Shown piece after piece: positions 1 to 15,000 of a stretch of 37,651 nt of DNA. Position 1 is the first letter of the stretch, and each line of letters begins with the position of its first letter. A program made the position numbers and the translations under genes. Source of the DNA: Nemertoderma westbladi (Eukaryota; Animalia; Xenacoelomorpha); contig JAUCBJ010002728.1 of the NCBI GenBank assembly GCA_032718475.1, forward strand, positions 1 to 37,651. Reading direction: 5' to 3'. The notes beneath the pieces were generated by a model. That model worked only from the letters and a program-made list of their open reading frames with translations. It was not told the origin of the DNA and did not search any database.

Positions 1-3000
1 TACAGACGCGTAGTTCTTCTCTACTGCAGTAAATTGGTTACTTACATTACAGACGCGTAGTTCTTCTCTACTGCAGTAAATTGGTTACTTACATTACAGA
101 CGCGTAGTTCTTCTCTAGTGCAGTAAATTGGTTACTTACATTACAGACGCGTAGTTCTTCTCTACTGCAGTAAATTGGTTACTTACATTACAGACGCGTA
201 GTTCTTCTCTACTGCAGTAAATTGGTTACTTACATTACAGACGCGTAGTTCTTCTCTACTGCAGTAAATTGGTTACTTACATTACAGACGCGTAGTTCTT
301 CTCTAGTGCAGTAAATTGGTTACTTACATTACAGACGCGTAGTTCTTCTCTACTGCAGTAAATTGGTTACTTACATTACAGACGCGTAGTTCTTCTCTAC
401 TGCAGTAAATTGGTTACTTACATTACAGACGCGTAGTTCTTCTCTACTGCAGTAAATTGGTTACTTACATTACAGACGCGTAGTTCTTCTCTAGTGCAGT
501 AAATTGGTTACTTACATTACAGACGCGTAGTTCTTCTCTAGTGCAGTAAATTGGTTACTTACATTACAGACGCGTAGTTCTTCTCTACTGCAGTAAATTG
601 GTTACTTACATTACAGACGCGTAGTTCTTCTCTACTGCAGTAAATTGGTTACTTACATTACAGACGCGTAGTTCTTCTCTAGTGCAGTAAATTGGTTACT
701 TACATTACAGACGCGTAGTTCTTCTCTACTGCAGTAAATTGGTTACTTACATTACAGACGCGTAGTTCTTCTCTAGTGCAGTAAATTGGTTACTTACATT
801 ACAGACGCGTAGTTCTTCTCTAGTGCAGTAAATTGGTTACTTACATTACAGACGCGTAGTTCTTCTCTAGTGCAGTAAATTGGTTACTTACATTACAGAC
901 GCGTAGTTCTTCTCTAGTGCAGTAAATTGGTTACTTACATTACAGACGCGTAGTTCTTCTCTACTGCAGTAAATTGGTTACTTACATTACAGACGCGTAG
1001 TTCTTCTCTACTGCAGTAAATTGGTTACTTACATTACAGACGCGTAGTTCTTCTCTAGTGCAGTAAATTGGTTACTTACATTACAGACGCGTAGTTCTTC
1101 TCTAGTGCAGTAAATTGGTTACTTACATTACAGACGCGTAGTTCTTCTCTACTGCAGTAAATTGGTTACTTACATTACAGACGCGTAGTTCTTCTCTACT
1201 GCAGTAAATTGGTTACTTACATTACAGACGCGTAGTTCTTCTCTACTGCAGTAAATTGGTTACTTACATTACAGACGCGTAGTTCTTCTCTAGTGCAGTA
1301 AATTGGTTACTTACATTACAGACGCGTAGTTCTTCTCTAGTGTAGTAAATTGGTTACTTACATTACAGACGCGTAGTTCTTCTCTACTGCAGTAAATTGG
1401 TTACTTACATTACAGACGCGTAGTTCTTCTCTACTGCAGTAAATTGGTTACTTACATTACAGACGCGTAGTTCTTCTCTAGTGCAGTAAATTGGTTACTT
1501 ACATTACAGACGCGTAGTTCTTCTCTACTGCAGTAAATTGGTTACTTACATTACAGACGCGTAGTTCTTCTCTACTGCAGTAAATTGGTTACTTACATTA
1601 CAGACGCGTAGTTCTTCTCTACTGCAGTAAATTGGTTACTTACATTACAGACGCGTAGTTCTTCTCTACTGCAGTAAATTGGTTACTTACATTACAGACG
1701 CGTAGTTCTTCTCTAGTGCAGTAAATTGGTTACTTACATTACAGACGCGTAGTTCTTCTCTACTGCAGTAAATTGGTTACTTACATTACAGACGCGTAGT
1801 TCTTCTCTAGTGCAGTAAATTGGTTACTTACATTACAGACGCGTAGTTCTTCTCTACTGCAGTAAATTGGTTACTTACATTACAGACGCGTAGTTCTTCT
1901 CTACTGCAGTAAATTGGTTACTTACATTACAGACGCGTAGTTCTTCTCTACTGCAGTAAATTGGTTACTTACATTACAGACGCGTAGTTCTTCTCTACTG
2001 CAGTAAATTGGTTACTTACATTACAGACGCGTAGTTCTTCTCTAGTGCAGTAAATTGGTTACTTACATTACAGACGCGTAGTTCTTCTCTACTGCAGTAA
2101 ATTGGTTACTTACATTACAGACGCGTAGTTCTTCTCTACTGCAGTAAATTGGTTACTTACATTACAGACGCGTAGTTCTTCTCTACTGCAGTAAATTGGT
2201 TACTTACATTACAGACGCGTAGTTCTTCTCTACTGCAGTAAATTGGTTACTTACATTACAGACGCGTAGTTCTTCTCTACTGCAGTAAATTGGTTACTTA
2301 CATTACAGACGCGTAGTTCTTCTCTACTGCAGTAAATTGGTTACTTACATTACAGACGCGTAGTTCTTCTCTACTGCAGTAAATTGGTTACTTACATTAC
2401 AGACGCGTAGTTCTTCTCTACTGCAGTAAATTGGTTACTTACATTACAGACGCGTAGTTCTTCTCTACTGCAGTAAATTGGTTACTTACATTACAGACGC
2501 GTAGTTCTTCTCTACTGCAGTAAATTGGTTACTTACATTACAGACGCGTAGTTCTTCTCTAGTGTAGTAAATTGGTTACTTACATTACAGACGCGTAGTT
2601 CTTCTCTACTGCAGTAAATTGGTTACTTACATTACAGACGCGTAGTTCTTCTCTACTGCAGTAAATTGGTTACTTACATTACAGACGCGTAGTTCTTCTC
2701 TACTGCAGTAAATTGGTTACTTACATTACAGACGCGTAGTTCTTCTCTACTGCAGTAAATTGGTTACTTACATTACAGACGCGTAGTTCTTCTCTAGTGC
2801 AGTAAATTGGTTACTTACATTACAGACGCGTAGTTCTTCTCTACTGCAGTAAATTGGTTACTTACATTACAGACGCGTAGTTCTTCTCTACTGCAGTAAA
2901 TTGGTTACTTACATTACAGACGCGTAGTTCTTCTCTAGTGCAGTAAATTGGTTACTTACATTACAGACGCGTAGTTCTTCTCTAGTGCAGTAAATTGGTT

Positions 3001-6000
3001 ACTTACATTACAGACGCGTAGTTCTTCTCTAGTGCAGTAAATTGGTTACTTACATTACAGACGCGTAGTTCTTCTCTAGTGCAGTAAATTGGTTACTTAC
3101 ATTACAGACGCGTAGTTCTTCTCTAGTGCAGTAAATTGGTTACTTACATTACAGACGCGTAGTTCTTCTCTAGTGCAGTAAATTGGTTACTTACATTACA
3201 GACGCGTAGTTCTTCTCTAGTGCAGTAAATTGGTTACTTACATTACAGACGCGTAGTTCTTCTCTAGTGCAGTAAATTGGTTACTTACATTACAGACGCG
3301 TAGTTCTTCTCTACTGCAGTAAATTGGTTACTTACATTACAGACGCGTAGTTCTTCTCTACTGCAGTAAATTGGTTACTTACATTACAGACGCGTAGTTC
3401 TTCTCTACTGCAGTAAATTGGTTACTTACATTACAGACGCGTAGTTCTTCTCTACTGCAGTAAATTGGTTACTTACATTACAGACGCGTAGTTCTTCTCT
3501 ACTGCAGTAAATTGGTTACTTACATTACAGACGCGTAGTTCTTCTCTACTGCAGTAAATTGGTTACTTACATTACAGACGCGTAGTTCTTCTCTAGTGCA
3601 GTAAATTGGTTACTTACATTACAGACGCGTAGTTCTTCTCTACTGCAGTAAATTGGTTACTTACATTACAGACGCGTAGTTCTTCTCTAGTGTAGTAAAT
3701 TGGTTACTTACATTACAGACGCGTAGTTCTTCTCTACTGCAGTAAATTGGTTACTTACATTACAGACGCGTAGTTCTTCTCTACTGCAGTAAATTGGTTA
3801 CTTACATTACAGACGCGTAGTTCTTCTCTACTGCAGTAAATTGGTTACTTACATTACAGACGCGTAGTTCTTCTCTACTGCAGTAAATTGGTTACTTACA
3901 TTACAGACGCGTAGTTCTTCTCTACTGCAGTAAATTGGTTACTTACATTACAGACGCGTAGTTCTTCTCTACTGCAGTAAATTGGTTACTTACATTACAG
4001 ACGCGTAGTTCTTCTCTACTGCAGTAAATTGGTTACTTACATTACAGACGCGTAGTTCTTCTCTACTGCAGTAAATTGGTTACTTACATTACAGACGCGT
4101 AGTTCTTCTCTACTGCAGTAAATTGGTTACTTACATTACAGACGCGTAGTTCTTCTCTACTGCAGTAAATTGGTTACTTACATTACAGACGCGTAGTTCT
4201 TCTCTAGTGCAGTAAATTGGTTACTTACATTACAGACGCGTAGTTCTTCTCTACTGCAGTAAATTGGTTACTTACATTACAGACGCGTAGTTCTTCTCTA
4301 GTGCAGTAAATTGGTTACTTACATTACAGACGCGTAGTTCTTCTCTACTGCAGTAAATTGGTTACTTACATTACAGACGCGTAGTTCTTCTCTACTGTAG
4401 TAAATTGGTTACTTACATTACAGACGCGTAGTTCTTCTCTAGTGCAGTAAATTGGTTACTTACATTACAGACGCGTAGTTCTTCTCTAGTGTAGTAAATT
4501 GGTTACTTACATTACAGACGCGTAGTTCTTCTCTACTGCAGTAAATTGGTTACTTACATTACAGACGCGTAGTTCTTCTCTACTGCAGTAAATTGGTTAC
4601 TTACATTACAGACGCGTAGTTCTTCTCTACTGCAGTAAATTGGTTACTTACATTACAGACGCGTAGTTCTTCTCTACTGCAGTAAATTGGTTACTTACAT
4701 TACAGACGCGTAGTTCTTCTCTACTGTAGTAAATTGGTTACTTACATTACAGACGCGTAGTTCTTCTCTACTGCAGTAAATTGGTTACTTACATTACAGA
4801 CGCGTAGTTCTTCTCTAGTGTAGTAAATTGGTTACTTACATTACAGACGCGTAGTTCTTCTCTACTGCAGTAAATTGGTTACTTACATTACAGACGCGTA
4901 GTTCTTCTCTACTGCAGTAAATTGGTTACTTACATTACAGACGCGTAGTTCTTCTCTACTGCAGTAAATTGGTTACTTACATTACAGACGCGTAGTTCTT
5001 CTCTAGTGCAGTAAATTGGTTACTTACATTACAGACGCGTAGTTCTTCTCTACTGCAGTAAATTGGTTACTTACATTACAGACGCGTAGTTCTTCTCTAC
5101 TGCAGTAAATTGGTTACTTACATTACAGACGCGTAGTTCTTCTCTAGTGTAGTAAATTGGTTACTTACATTACAGACGCGTAGTTCTTCTCTACTGCAGT
5201 AAATTGGTTACTTACATTACAGACGCGTAGTTCTTCTCTAGTGCAGTAAATTGGTTACTTACATTACAGACGCGTAGTTCTTCTCTACTGCAGTAAATTG
5301 GTTACTTACATTACAGACGCGTAGTTCTTCTCTACTGCAGTAAATTGGTTACTTACATTACAGACGCGTAGTTCTTCTCTACTGCAGTAAATTGGTTACT
5401 TACATTACAGACGCGTAGTTCTTCTCTACTGCAGTAAATTGGTTACTTACATTACAGACGCGTAGTTCTTCTCTACTGCAGTAAATTGGTTACTTACATT
5501 ACAGACGCGTAGTTCTTCTCTACTGTAGTAAATTGGTTACTTACATTACAGACGCGTAGTTCTTCTCTACTGCAGTAAATTGGTTACTTACATTACAGAC
5601 GCGTAGTTCTTCTCTAGTGTAGTAAATTGGTTACTTACATTACAGACGCGTAGTTCTTCTCTAGTGCAGTAAATTGGTTACTTACATTACAGACGCGTAG
5701 TTCTTCTCTAGTGTAGTAAATTGGTTACTTACATTACAGACGCGTAGTTCTTCTCTAGTGCAGTAAATTGGTTACTTACATTACAGACGCGTAGTTCTTC
5801 TCTAGTGCAGTAAATTGGTTACTTACATTACAGACGCGTAGTTCTTCTCTAGTGTAGTAAATTGGTTACTTACATTACAGACGCGTAGTTCTTCTCTAGT
5901 GCAGTAAATTGGTTACTTACATTACAGACGCGTAGTTCTTCTCTAGTGCAGTAAATTGGTTACTTACATTACAGACGCGTAGTTCTTCTCTAGTGTAGTA

Positions 6001-9000
6001 AATTGGTTACTTACATTACAGACGCGTAGTTCTTCTCTACTGCAGTAAATTGGTTACTTACATTACAGACGCGTAGTTCTTCTCTACTGCAGTAAATTGG
6101 TTACTTACATTACAGACGCGTAGTTCTTCTCTACTGCAGTAAATTGGTTACTTACATTACAGACGCGTAGTTCTTCTCTAGTGCAGTAAATTGGTTACTT
6201 ACATTACAGACGCGTAGTTCTTCTCTACTGTAGTAAATTGGTTACTTACATTACAGACGCGTAGTTCTTCTCTAGTGTAGTAAATTGGTTACTTACATTA
6301 CAGACGCGTAGTTCTTCTCTACTGCAGTAAATTGGTTACTTACATTACAGACGCGTAGTTCTTCTCTACTGTAGTAAATTGGTTACTTACATTACAGACG
6401 CGTAGTTCTTCTCTAGTGTAGTAAATTGGTTACTTACATTACAGACGCGTAGTTCTTCTCTACTGCAGTAAATTGGTTACTTACATTACAGACGCGTAGT
6501 TCTTCTCTAGTGTAGTAAATTGGTTACTTACATTACAGACGCGTAGTTCTTCTCTAGTGCAGTAAATTGGTTACTTACATTACAGACGCGTAGTTCTTCT
6601 CTAGTGTAGTAAATTGGTTACTTACATTACAGACGCGTAGTTCTTCTCTACTGCAGTAAATTGGTTACTTACATTACAGACGCGTAGTTCTTCTCTACTG
6701 CAGTAAATTGGTTACTTACATTACAGACGCGTAGTTCTTCTCTACTGCAGTAAATTGGTTACTTACATTACAGACGCGTAGTTCTTCTCTAGTGTAGTAA
6801 ATTGGTTACTTACATTACAGACGCGTAGTTCTTCTCTACTGCAGTAAATTGGTTACTTACATTACAGACGCGTAGTTCTTCTCTACTGCAGTAAATTGGT
6901 TACTTACATTACAGACGCGTAGTTCTTCTCTACTGCAGTAAATTGGTTACTTACATTACAGACGCGTAGTTCTTCTCTACTGTAGTAAATTGGTTACTTA
7001 CATTACAGACGCGTAGTTCTTCTCTACTGCAGTAAATTGGTTACTTACATTACAGACGCGTAGTTCTTCTCTAGTGCAGTAAATTGGTTACTTACATTAC
7101 AGACGCGTAGTTCTTCTCTAGTGCAGTAAATTGGTTACTTACATTACAGACGCGTAGTTCTTCTCTAGTGTAGTAAATTGGTTACTTACATTACAGACGC
7201 GTAGTTCTTCTCTAGTGCAGTAAATTGGTTACTTACATTACAGACGCGTAGTTCTTCTCTAGTGCAGTAAATTGGTTACTTACATTACAGACGCGTAGTT
7301 CTTCTCTAGTGTAGTAAATTGGTTACTTACATTACAGACGCGTAGTTCTTCTCTAGTGCAGTAAATTGGTTACTTACATTACAGACGCGTAGTTCTTCTC
7401 TAGTGCAGTAAATTGGTTACTTACATTACAGACGCGTAGTTCTTCTCTAGTGTAGTAAATTGGTTACTTACATTACAGACGCGTAGTTCTTCTCTCACTG
7501 CAGTAAATTGGTTACTTACATTACAGACGCGTAGTTCTTCTCTACTGCAGTAAATTGGTTACTTACATTACAGACGCGTAGTTCTTCTCTACTGCAGTAA
7601 ATTGGTTACTTACATTACAGACGCGTAGTTCTTCTCTAGTGTAGTAAATTGGTTACTTACATTACAGACGCGTAGTTCTTCTCTACTGTAGTAAATTGGT
7701 TACTTACATTACAGACGCGTAGTTCTTCTCTAGTGTAGTAAATTGGTTACTTACATTACAGACGCGTAGTTCTTCTCTACTGCAGTAAATTGGTTACTTA
7801 CATTACAGACGCGTAGTTCTTCTCTACTGTAGTAAATTGGTTACTTACATTACAGACGCGTAGTTCTTCTCTAGTTTAGTAAATTGGTTACTTACATTAC
7901 AGACGCGTAGTTCTTCTCTACTGCAGTAAATTGGTTACTTACATTACAGACGCGTAGTTCTTCTCTAGTGTAGTAAATTGGTTACTTACATTACAGACGC
8001 GTAGTTCTTCTCTAGTGCAGTAAATTGGTTACTTACATTACAGACGCGTAGTTCTCAGTAGTGTAGTAAATTGGTTACTTACATTACAGACGCGTAGTTC
8101 TTCTCTACTGCAGTAAATTGGTTACTTACATTACAGACGCGTAGTTCTTCTCTAGTGTAGTAAATTGGTTACTTACATTACAGACGCGTAGTTCTTCTCT
8201 ACTGCAGTAAATTGGTTACTTACATTACAGACGCGTAGTTCTTCTCTACTGCAGTAAATTGGTTACTTACATTACAGACGCGTAGTTCTTCTCTAGTGTA
8301 GTAAATTGGTTACTTACATTACAGACGCGTAGTTCTTCTCTACTGCAGTAAATTGGTTACTTACATTACAGACGCGTAGTTCTTCTCTAGTGTAGTAAAT
8401 TGGTTACTTACATTACAGACGCGTAGTTCTTCTCTACTGCAGTAAATTGGTTACTTACATTACAGACGCGTAGTTCTTCTCTAGTGCAGTAAATTGGTTA
8501 CTTACATTACAGACGCGTAGTTCTTCTCTACTGCAGTAAATTGGTTACTTACATTACAGACGCGTAGTTCTTCTCTACTGTAGTAAATTGGTTACTTACA
8601 TTACAGACGCGTAGTTCTTCTCTACTGCAGTAAATTGGTTACTTACATTACAGACGCGTAGTTCTTCTCTACTGCAGTAAATTGGTTACTTACATTACAG
8701 ACGCGTAGTTCTTCTCTACTGTAGTAAATTGGTTACTTACATTACAGACGCGTAGTTCCCTCTAGTGTAGTAAATTGGTTACTTACATTACAGACGCGTA
8801 GTTCCCTCTAGTGTAGTAAATTGGTTACTTACATTACAGACGCGTAGTTCTTCTCTACTGCAGTAAATTGGTTACTTACATTACAGACGCGTAGTTCTTC
8901 TCTACTGTAGTAAATTGGTTACTTACATTACAGACGCGTAGTTCTTCTCTACTGCAGTAAATTGGTTACTTACATTACAGACGCGTAGTTCTTCTCTACT

Positions 9001-12000
9001 GCAGTAAATTGGTTACTTACATTACAGACGCGTAGTTCTTCTCTACTGTAGTAAATTGGTTACTTACATTACAGACGCGTAGTTCCCTCTAGTGTAGTAA
9101 ATTGGTTACTTACATTACAGACGCGTAGTTCCCTCTAGTGTAGTAAATTGGTTACTTACATTACAGACGCGTAGTTCTCCTCTAGTGTAGTAAATTGGTT
9201 ACTTACATTACAGACGCGTAGTTCTTCTCTACTGTAGTAAATTGGTTACTTACATTACAGACGCGTAGTTCCTCTCTAGTGTAGTAAATTGGTTACTTAC
9301 ATTACAGACGCGTAGTTCTCCTCTAGTGTAGTAAATTGGTTACTTACATTACAGACGCGTAGTTCTCCTCTAGTGTAGTAAATTGGTTACTTACATTACA
9401 GACGCGTAGTTCTTCTCTACTGTAGTAAATTGGTTACTTACATTACAGACGCGTAGTTCCCTCTAGTGTAGTAAATTGGTTACTTACATTACAGACGCGT
9501 AGTTCCCTCTAGTGTAGTAAATTGGTTACTTACATTACAGACGCGTAGTTCCTCTCTAGTGCAGTAAATTGGTTACTTACATTACAGACGCGTAGTTCTT
9601 CTCTACTGCAGTAAATTGGTTACTTACATTACAGACGCGTAGTTCTTCTCTACTGTAGTAAATTGGTTACTTACATTACAGACGCGTAGTTCTCCTCTAG
9701 TGTAGTAAATTGGTTACTTACATTACAGACGCGTAGTTCTTCTCTACTGTAGTAAATTGGTTACTTACATTACAGACGCGTAGTTCTTCTCTAGTGTAGT
9801 AAATTGGTTACTTACATTACAGACGCGTAGTTCTTCTCTACTGTAGTAAATTGGTTACTTACATTACAGACGCGTAGTTCCCTCTAGTGTAGTAAATTGG
9901 TTACTTACATTACAGACGCGTAGTTCTCCTCTAGTGTAGTAAATTGGTTACTTACATTACAGACGCGTAGTTCTTCTCTACTGCAGTAAATTGGTTACTT
10001 ACATTACAGACGCGTAGTTCTTCTCTACTGCAGTAAATTGGTTACTTACATTACAGACGCGTAGTTCTTCTCTACTGCAGTAAATTGGTTACTTACATTA
10101 CAGACGCGTAGTTCTTCTCTACTGCAGTAAATTGGTTACTTACATTACAGACGCGTAGTTCTTCTCTACTGCAGTAAATTGGTTACTTACATTACAGACG
10201 CGTAGTTCTTCTCTACTGCAGTAAATTGGTTACTTACATTACAGACGCGTAGTTCCCTCTAGTGTAGTAAATTGGTTACTTACATTACAGACGCGTAGTT
10301 CCCTCTAGTGTAGTAAATTGGTTACTTACATTACAGACGCGTAGTTCTTCTCTACTGCAGTAAATTGGTTACTTACATTACAGACGCGTAGTTCCCTCTA
10401 GTGTAGTAAATTGGTTACTTACATTACAGACGCGTAGTTCCCTCTAGTGTAGTAAATTGGTTACTTACATTACAGACGCGTAGTTCACAGGAGTGTAGTA
10501 AATTGGTTACTTACATTACAGACGCGTAGTTCCCTCTAGTGTAGTAAATTGGTTACTTACATTACAGACGCGTAGTTCTTCTCTACTGCAGTAAATTGGT
10601 TACTTACATTACAGACGCGTAGTTCTTCTCTACTGCAGTAAATTGGTTACTTACATTACAGACGCGTAGTTCTTCTCTACTGCAGTAAATTGGTTCCTTA
10701 CATTACAGACGCGTAGTTCTTCTCTACTGCAGTAAATTGGTTACTTACATTACAGACGCGTAGTTCTTCTCTACTGTAGTAAATTGGTTACTTACATTAC
10801 AGACGCGTAGTTCTTCTCTACTGCAGTAAATTGGTTACTTACATTACAGACGCGTAGTTCTTCTCTACTGCAGTAAATTGGTTACTTACATTACAGACGC
10901 GTAGTTCTTCTCTAGTTTAGTAAATTGGTTACTTACATTACAGACGCGTAGTTCTTCTCTACCTGCAGTAAATTGGTTACTTACATTACAGACGCGTAGT
11001 TCTTCTCTACTGCAGTAAATTGGTTACTTACATTACAGACGCGTAGTTCTTCTCTACTGCAGTAAATTGGTTACTTACATTACAGACGCGTAGTTCTTCT
11101 CTAGTGTAGTAAATTGGTTACTTACATTACAGACGCGTAGTTCTTCTCTACTGCAGTAAATTGGTTACTTACATTACAGACGCGTAGTTCTTCTCTACTG
11201 TAGTAAATTGGTTACTTACATTACAGACGCGTAGTTCTTCTCTACTGCAGTAAATTGGTTACTTACATTACAGACGCGTAGTTCACAGGAGTGCAGTAAA
11301 TTGGTTACTTACATTACAGACGCGTAGTTCTTCTCTACTGCAGTAAATTGGTTACTTACATTACAGACGCGTAGTTCCCTCTACTGCAGTAAATTGGTTA
11401 CTTACATTACAGACGCGTAGTTCTTCTCTACTGCAGTAAATTGGTTACTTACATTACAGACGCGTAGTTATTCCCTCTAGTGTAGTAAATTGGTTACTTA
11501 CATTACAGACGCGTAGTTCCCTCTAGTGTAGTAAATTGGTTACTTACATTACAGACGCGTAGTTATTCCCTCTAGTGTAGTAAATTGGTTACTTACATTA
11601 CAGACGCGTAGTTATTCCCTCTAGTGTAGTAAATTGGTTACTTACATTACAGACGCGTAGTTCTTCTCTACTGCAGTAAATTGGTTACTTACATTACAGA
11701 CGCGTAGTTATTCCCTCTAGTGTAGTAAATTGGTTACTTACATTACAGACGCGTAGTTCTTCTCTACTGCAGTAAATTGGTTACTTACATTACAGACGCG
11801 TAGTTCTTCTCTAGTTTAGTAAATTGGTTACTTACATTACAGACGCGTAGTTCTTCTCTAGTTTAGTAAATTGGTTACTTACATTACAGACGCGTAGTTC
11901 TTCTCTAGTGTAGTAAATTGGTTACTTACATTACAGACGCGTAGTTATTCCCTCTAGTGTAGTAAATTGGTTACTTACATTACAGACGCGTAGTTATTCC

Positions 12001-15000
12001 CTCTAGTGTAGTAAATTGGTTACTTACATTACAGACGCGTAGTTCTTCTCTACTGCAGTAAATTGGTTACTTACATTACAGACGCGTAGTTATTCCCTCT
12101 AGTGTAGTAAATTGGTTACTTACATTACAGACGCGTAGTTCTTCTCTACTGCAGTAAATTGGTTACTTACATTACAGACGCGTAGTTCTTCTCTAGTTTA
12201 GTAAATTGGTTACTTACATTACAGACGCGTAGTTCTTCTCTAGTTTAGTAAATTGGTTACTTACATTACAGACGCGTAGTTCTTCTCTAGTTTAGTAAAT
12301 TGGTTACTTACATTACAGACGCGTAGTTCTTCTCTAGTGTAGTAAATTGGTTACTTACATTACAGACGCGTAGTTCTTCTCTACTGCAGTAAATTGGTTA
12401 CTTACATTACAGACGCGTAGTTCTTCTCTAGTTTAGTAAATTGGTTACTTACATTACAGACGCGTAGTTCTTCTCTAGTTTAGTAAATTGGTTACTTACA
12501 TTACAGACGCGTAGTTCTTCTCTAGTTTAGTAAATTGGTTACTTACATTACAGACGCGTAGTTCTTCTCTAGTGTAGTAAATTGGTTACTTACATTACAG
12601 ACGCGTAGTTATTCCCTCTAGTGTAGTAAATTGGTTACTTACATTACAGACGCGTAGTTATTCCCTCTAGTGTAGTAAATTGGTTACTTACATTACAGAC
12701 GCGTAGTTCTTCTCTACTGCAGTAAATTGGTTACTTACATTACAGACGCGTAGTTATTCCCTCTAGTGTAGTAAATTGGTTACTTACATTACAGACGCGT
12801 AGTTCTTCTCTACTGCAGTAAATTGGTTACTTACATTACAGACGCGTAGTTCTTCTCTACTGTAGTAAATTGGTTACTTACATTACAGACGCGTAGTTCT
12901 TCTCTAGTGTAGTAAATTGGTTACTTACATTACAGACGCGTAGTTCTTCTCTAGTGCAGTAAATTGGTTACTTACATTACAGACGCGTAGTTCTTCTCTA
13001 CTGCAGTAAATTGGTTACTTACATTACAGACGCGTAGTTCTTCTCTACTGCAGTAAATTGGTTACTTACATTACAGACGCGTAGTTCTTCTCTACTGCAG
13101 TAAATTGGTTACTTACATTACAGACGCGTAGTTCTTCTCTACTGCAGTAAATTGGTTACTTACATTACAGACGCGTAGTTCTTCTCTACTGCAGTAAATT
13201 GGTTACTTACATTACAGACGCGTAGTTCTTCTCTACTGCAGTAAATTGGTTACTTACATTACAGACGCGTAGTTCTTCTCTACTGCAGTAAATTGGTTAC
13301 TTACATTACAGACGCGTAGTTCTTCTCTACTGCAGTAAATTGGTTACTTACATTACAGACGCGTAGTTCTTCTCTACTGCAGTAAATTGGTTACTTACAT
13401 TACAGACGCGTAGTTCTTCTCTACTGCAGTAAATTGGTTACTTACATTACAGACGCGTAGTTCTTCTCTACTGCAGTAAATTGGTTACTTACATTACAGA
13501 CGCGTAGTTCTTCTCTACTGCAGTAAATTGGTTACTTACATTACAGACGCGTAGTTATTCCTCTAGTGTAGTAAATTGGTTACTTACATTACAGACGCGT
13601 AGTTCTCTCTAGTGTAGTAAATTGGTTACTTACATTACAGACGCGTAGTTCTTCTCTACTGCAGTAAATTGGTTACTTACATTACAGACGCGTAGTTCTT
13701 CTCTACTGCAGTAAATTGGTTACTTACATTACAGACGCGTAGTTCTTCTCTAGTGCAGTAAATTGGTTACTTACATTACAGACGCGTAGTTCTTCTCTAC
13801 TGCAGTAAATTGGTTACTTACATTACAGACGCGTAGTTCTTCTCTACTGCAGTAAATTGGTTACTTACATTACAGACGCGTAGTTCTTCTCTACTGCAGT
13901 AAATTGGTTACTTACATTACAGACGCGTAGTTCTTCTCTACTGCAGTAAATTGGTTACTTACATTACAGACGCGTAGTTCTTCTCTACTGCAGTAAATTG
14001 GTTACTTACATTACAGACGCGTAGTTCTTCTCTACTGCAGTAAATTGGTTACTTACATTACAGACGCGTAGTTCTTCTCTACTGCAGTAAATTGGTTACT
14101 TACATTACAGACGCGTAGTTCTTCTCTACTGCAGTAAATTGGTTACTTACATTACAGACGCGTAGTTCTTCTCTACTGCAGTAAATTGGTTACTTACATT
14201 ACAGACGCGTAGTTCTTCTCTACTGCAGTAAATTGGTTACTTACATTACAGACGCGTAGTTCTTCTCTACTGCAGTAAATTGGTTACTTACATTACAGAC
14301 GCGTAGTTCTTCTCTACTGCAGTAAATTGGTTACTTACATTACAGACGCGTAGTTCTTCTCTACTGCAGTAAATTGGTTACTTACATTACAGACGCGTAG
14401 TTCTTCTCTACTGCAGTAAATTGGTTACTTACATTACAGACGCGTAGTTCTTCTCTACTGCAGTAAATTGGTTACTTACATTACAGACGCGTAGTTCTTC
14501 TCTACTGCAGTAAATTGGTTACTTACATTACAGACGCGTAGTTCTTCTCTACTGCAGTAAATTGGTTACTTACATTACAGACGCGTAGTTCTTCTCTACT
14601 GCAGTAAATTGGTTACTTACATTACAGACGCGTAGTTCTTCTCTACTGCAGTAAATTGGTTACTTACATTACAGACGCGTAGTTCTTCTCTACTGCAGTA
14701 AATTGGTTACTTACATTACAGACGCGTAGTTCTTCTCTACTGCAGTAAATTGGTTACTTACATTACAGACGCGTAGTTCTTCTCTACTGCAGTAAATTGG
14801 TTACTTACATTACAGACGCGTAGTTCTTCTCTACTGCAGTAAATTGGTTACTTACATTACAGACGCGTAGTTCTTCTCTACTGCAGTAAATTGGTTACTT
14901 ACATTACAGACGCGTAGTTCTTCTCTACTGCAGTAAATTGGTTACTTACATTACAGACGCGTAGTTCTTCTCTACTGCAGTAAATTGGTTACTTACATTA

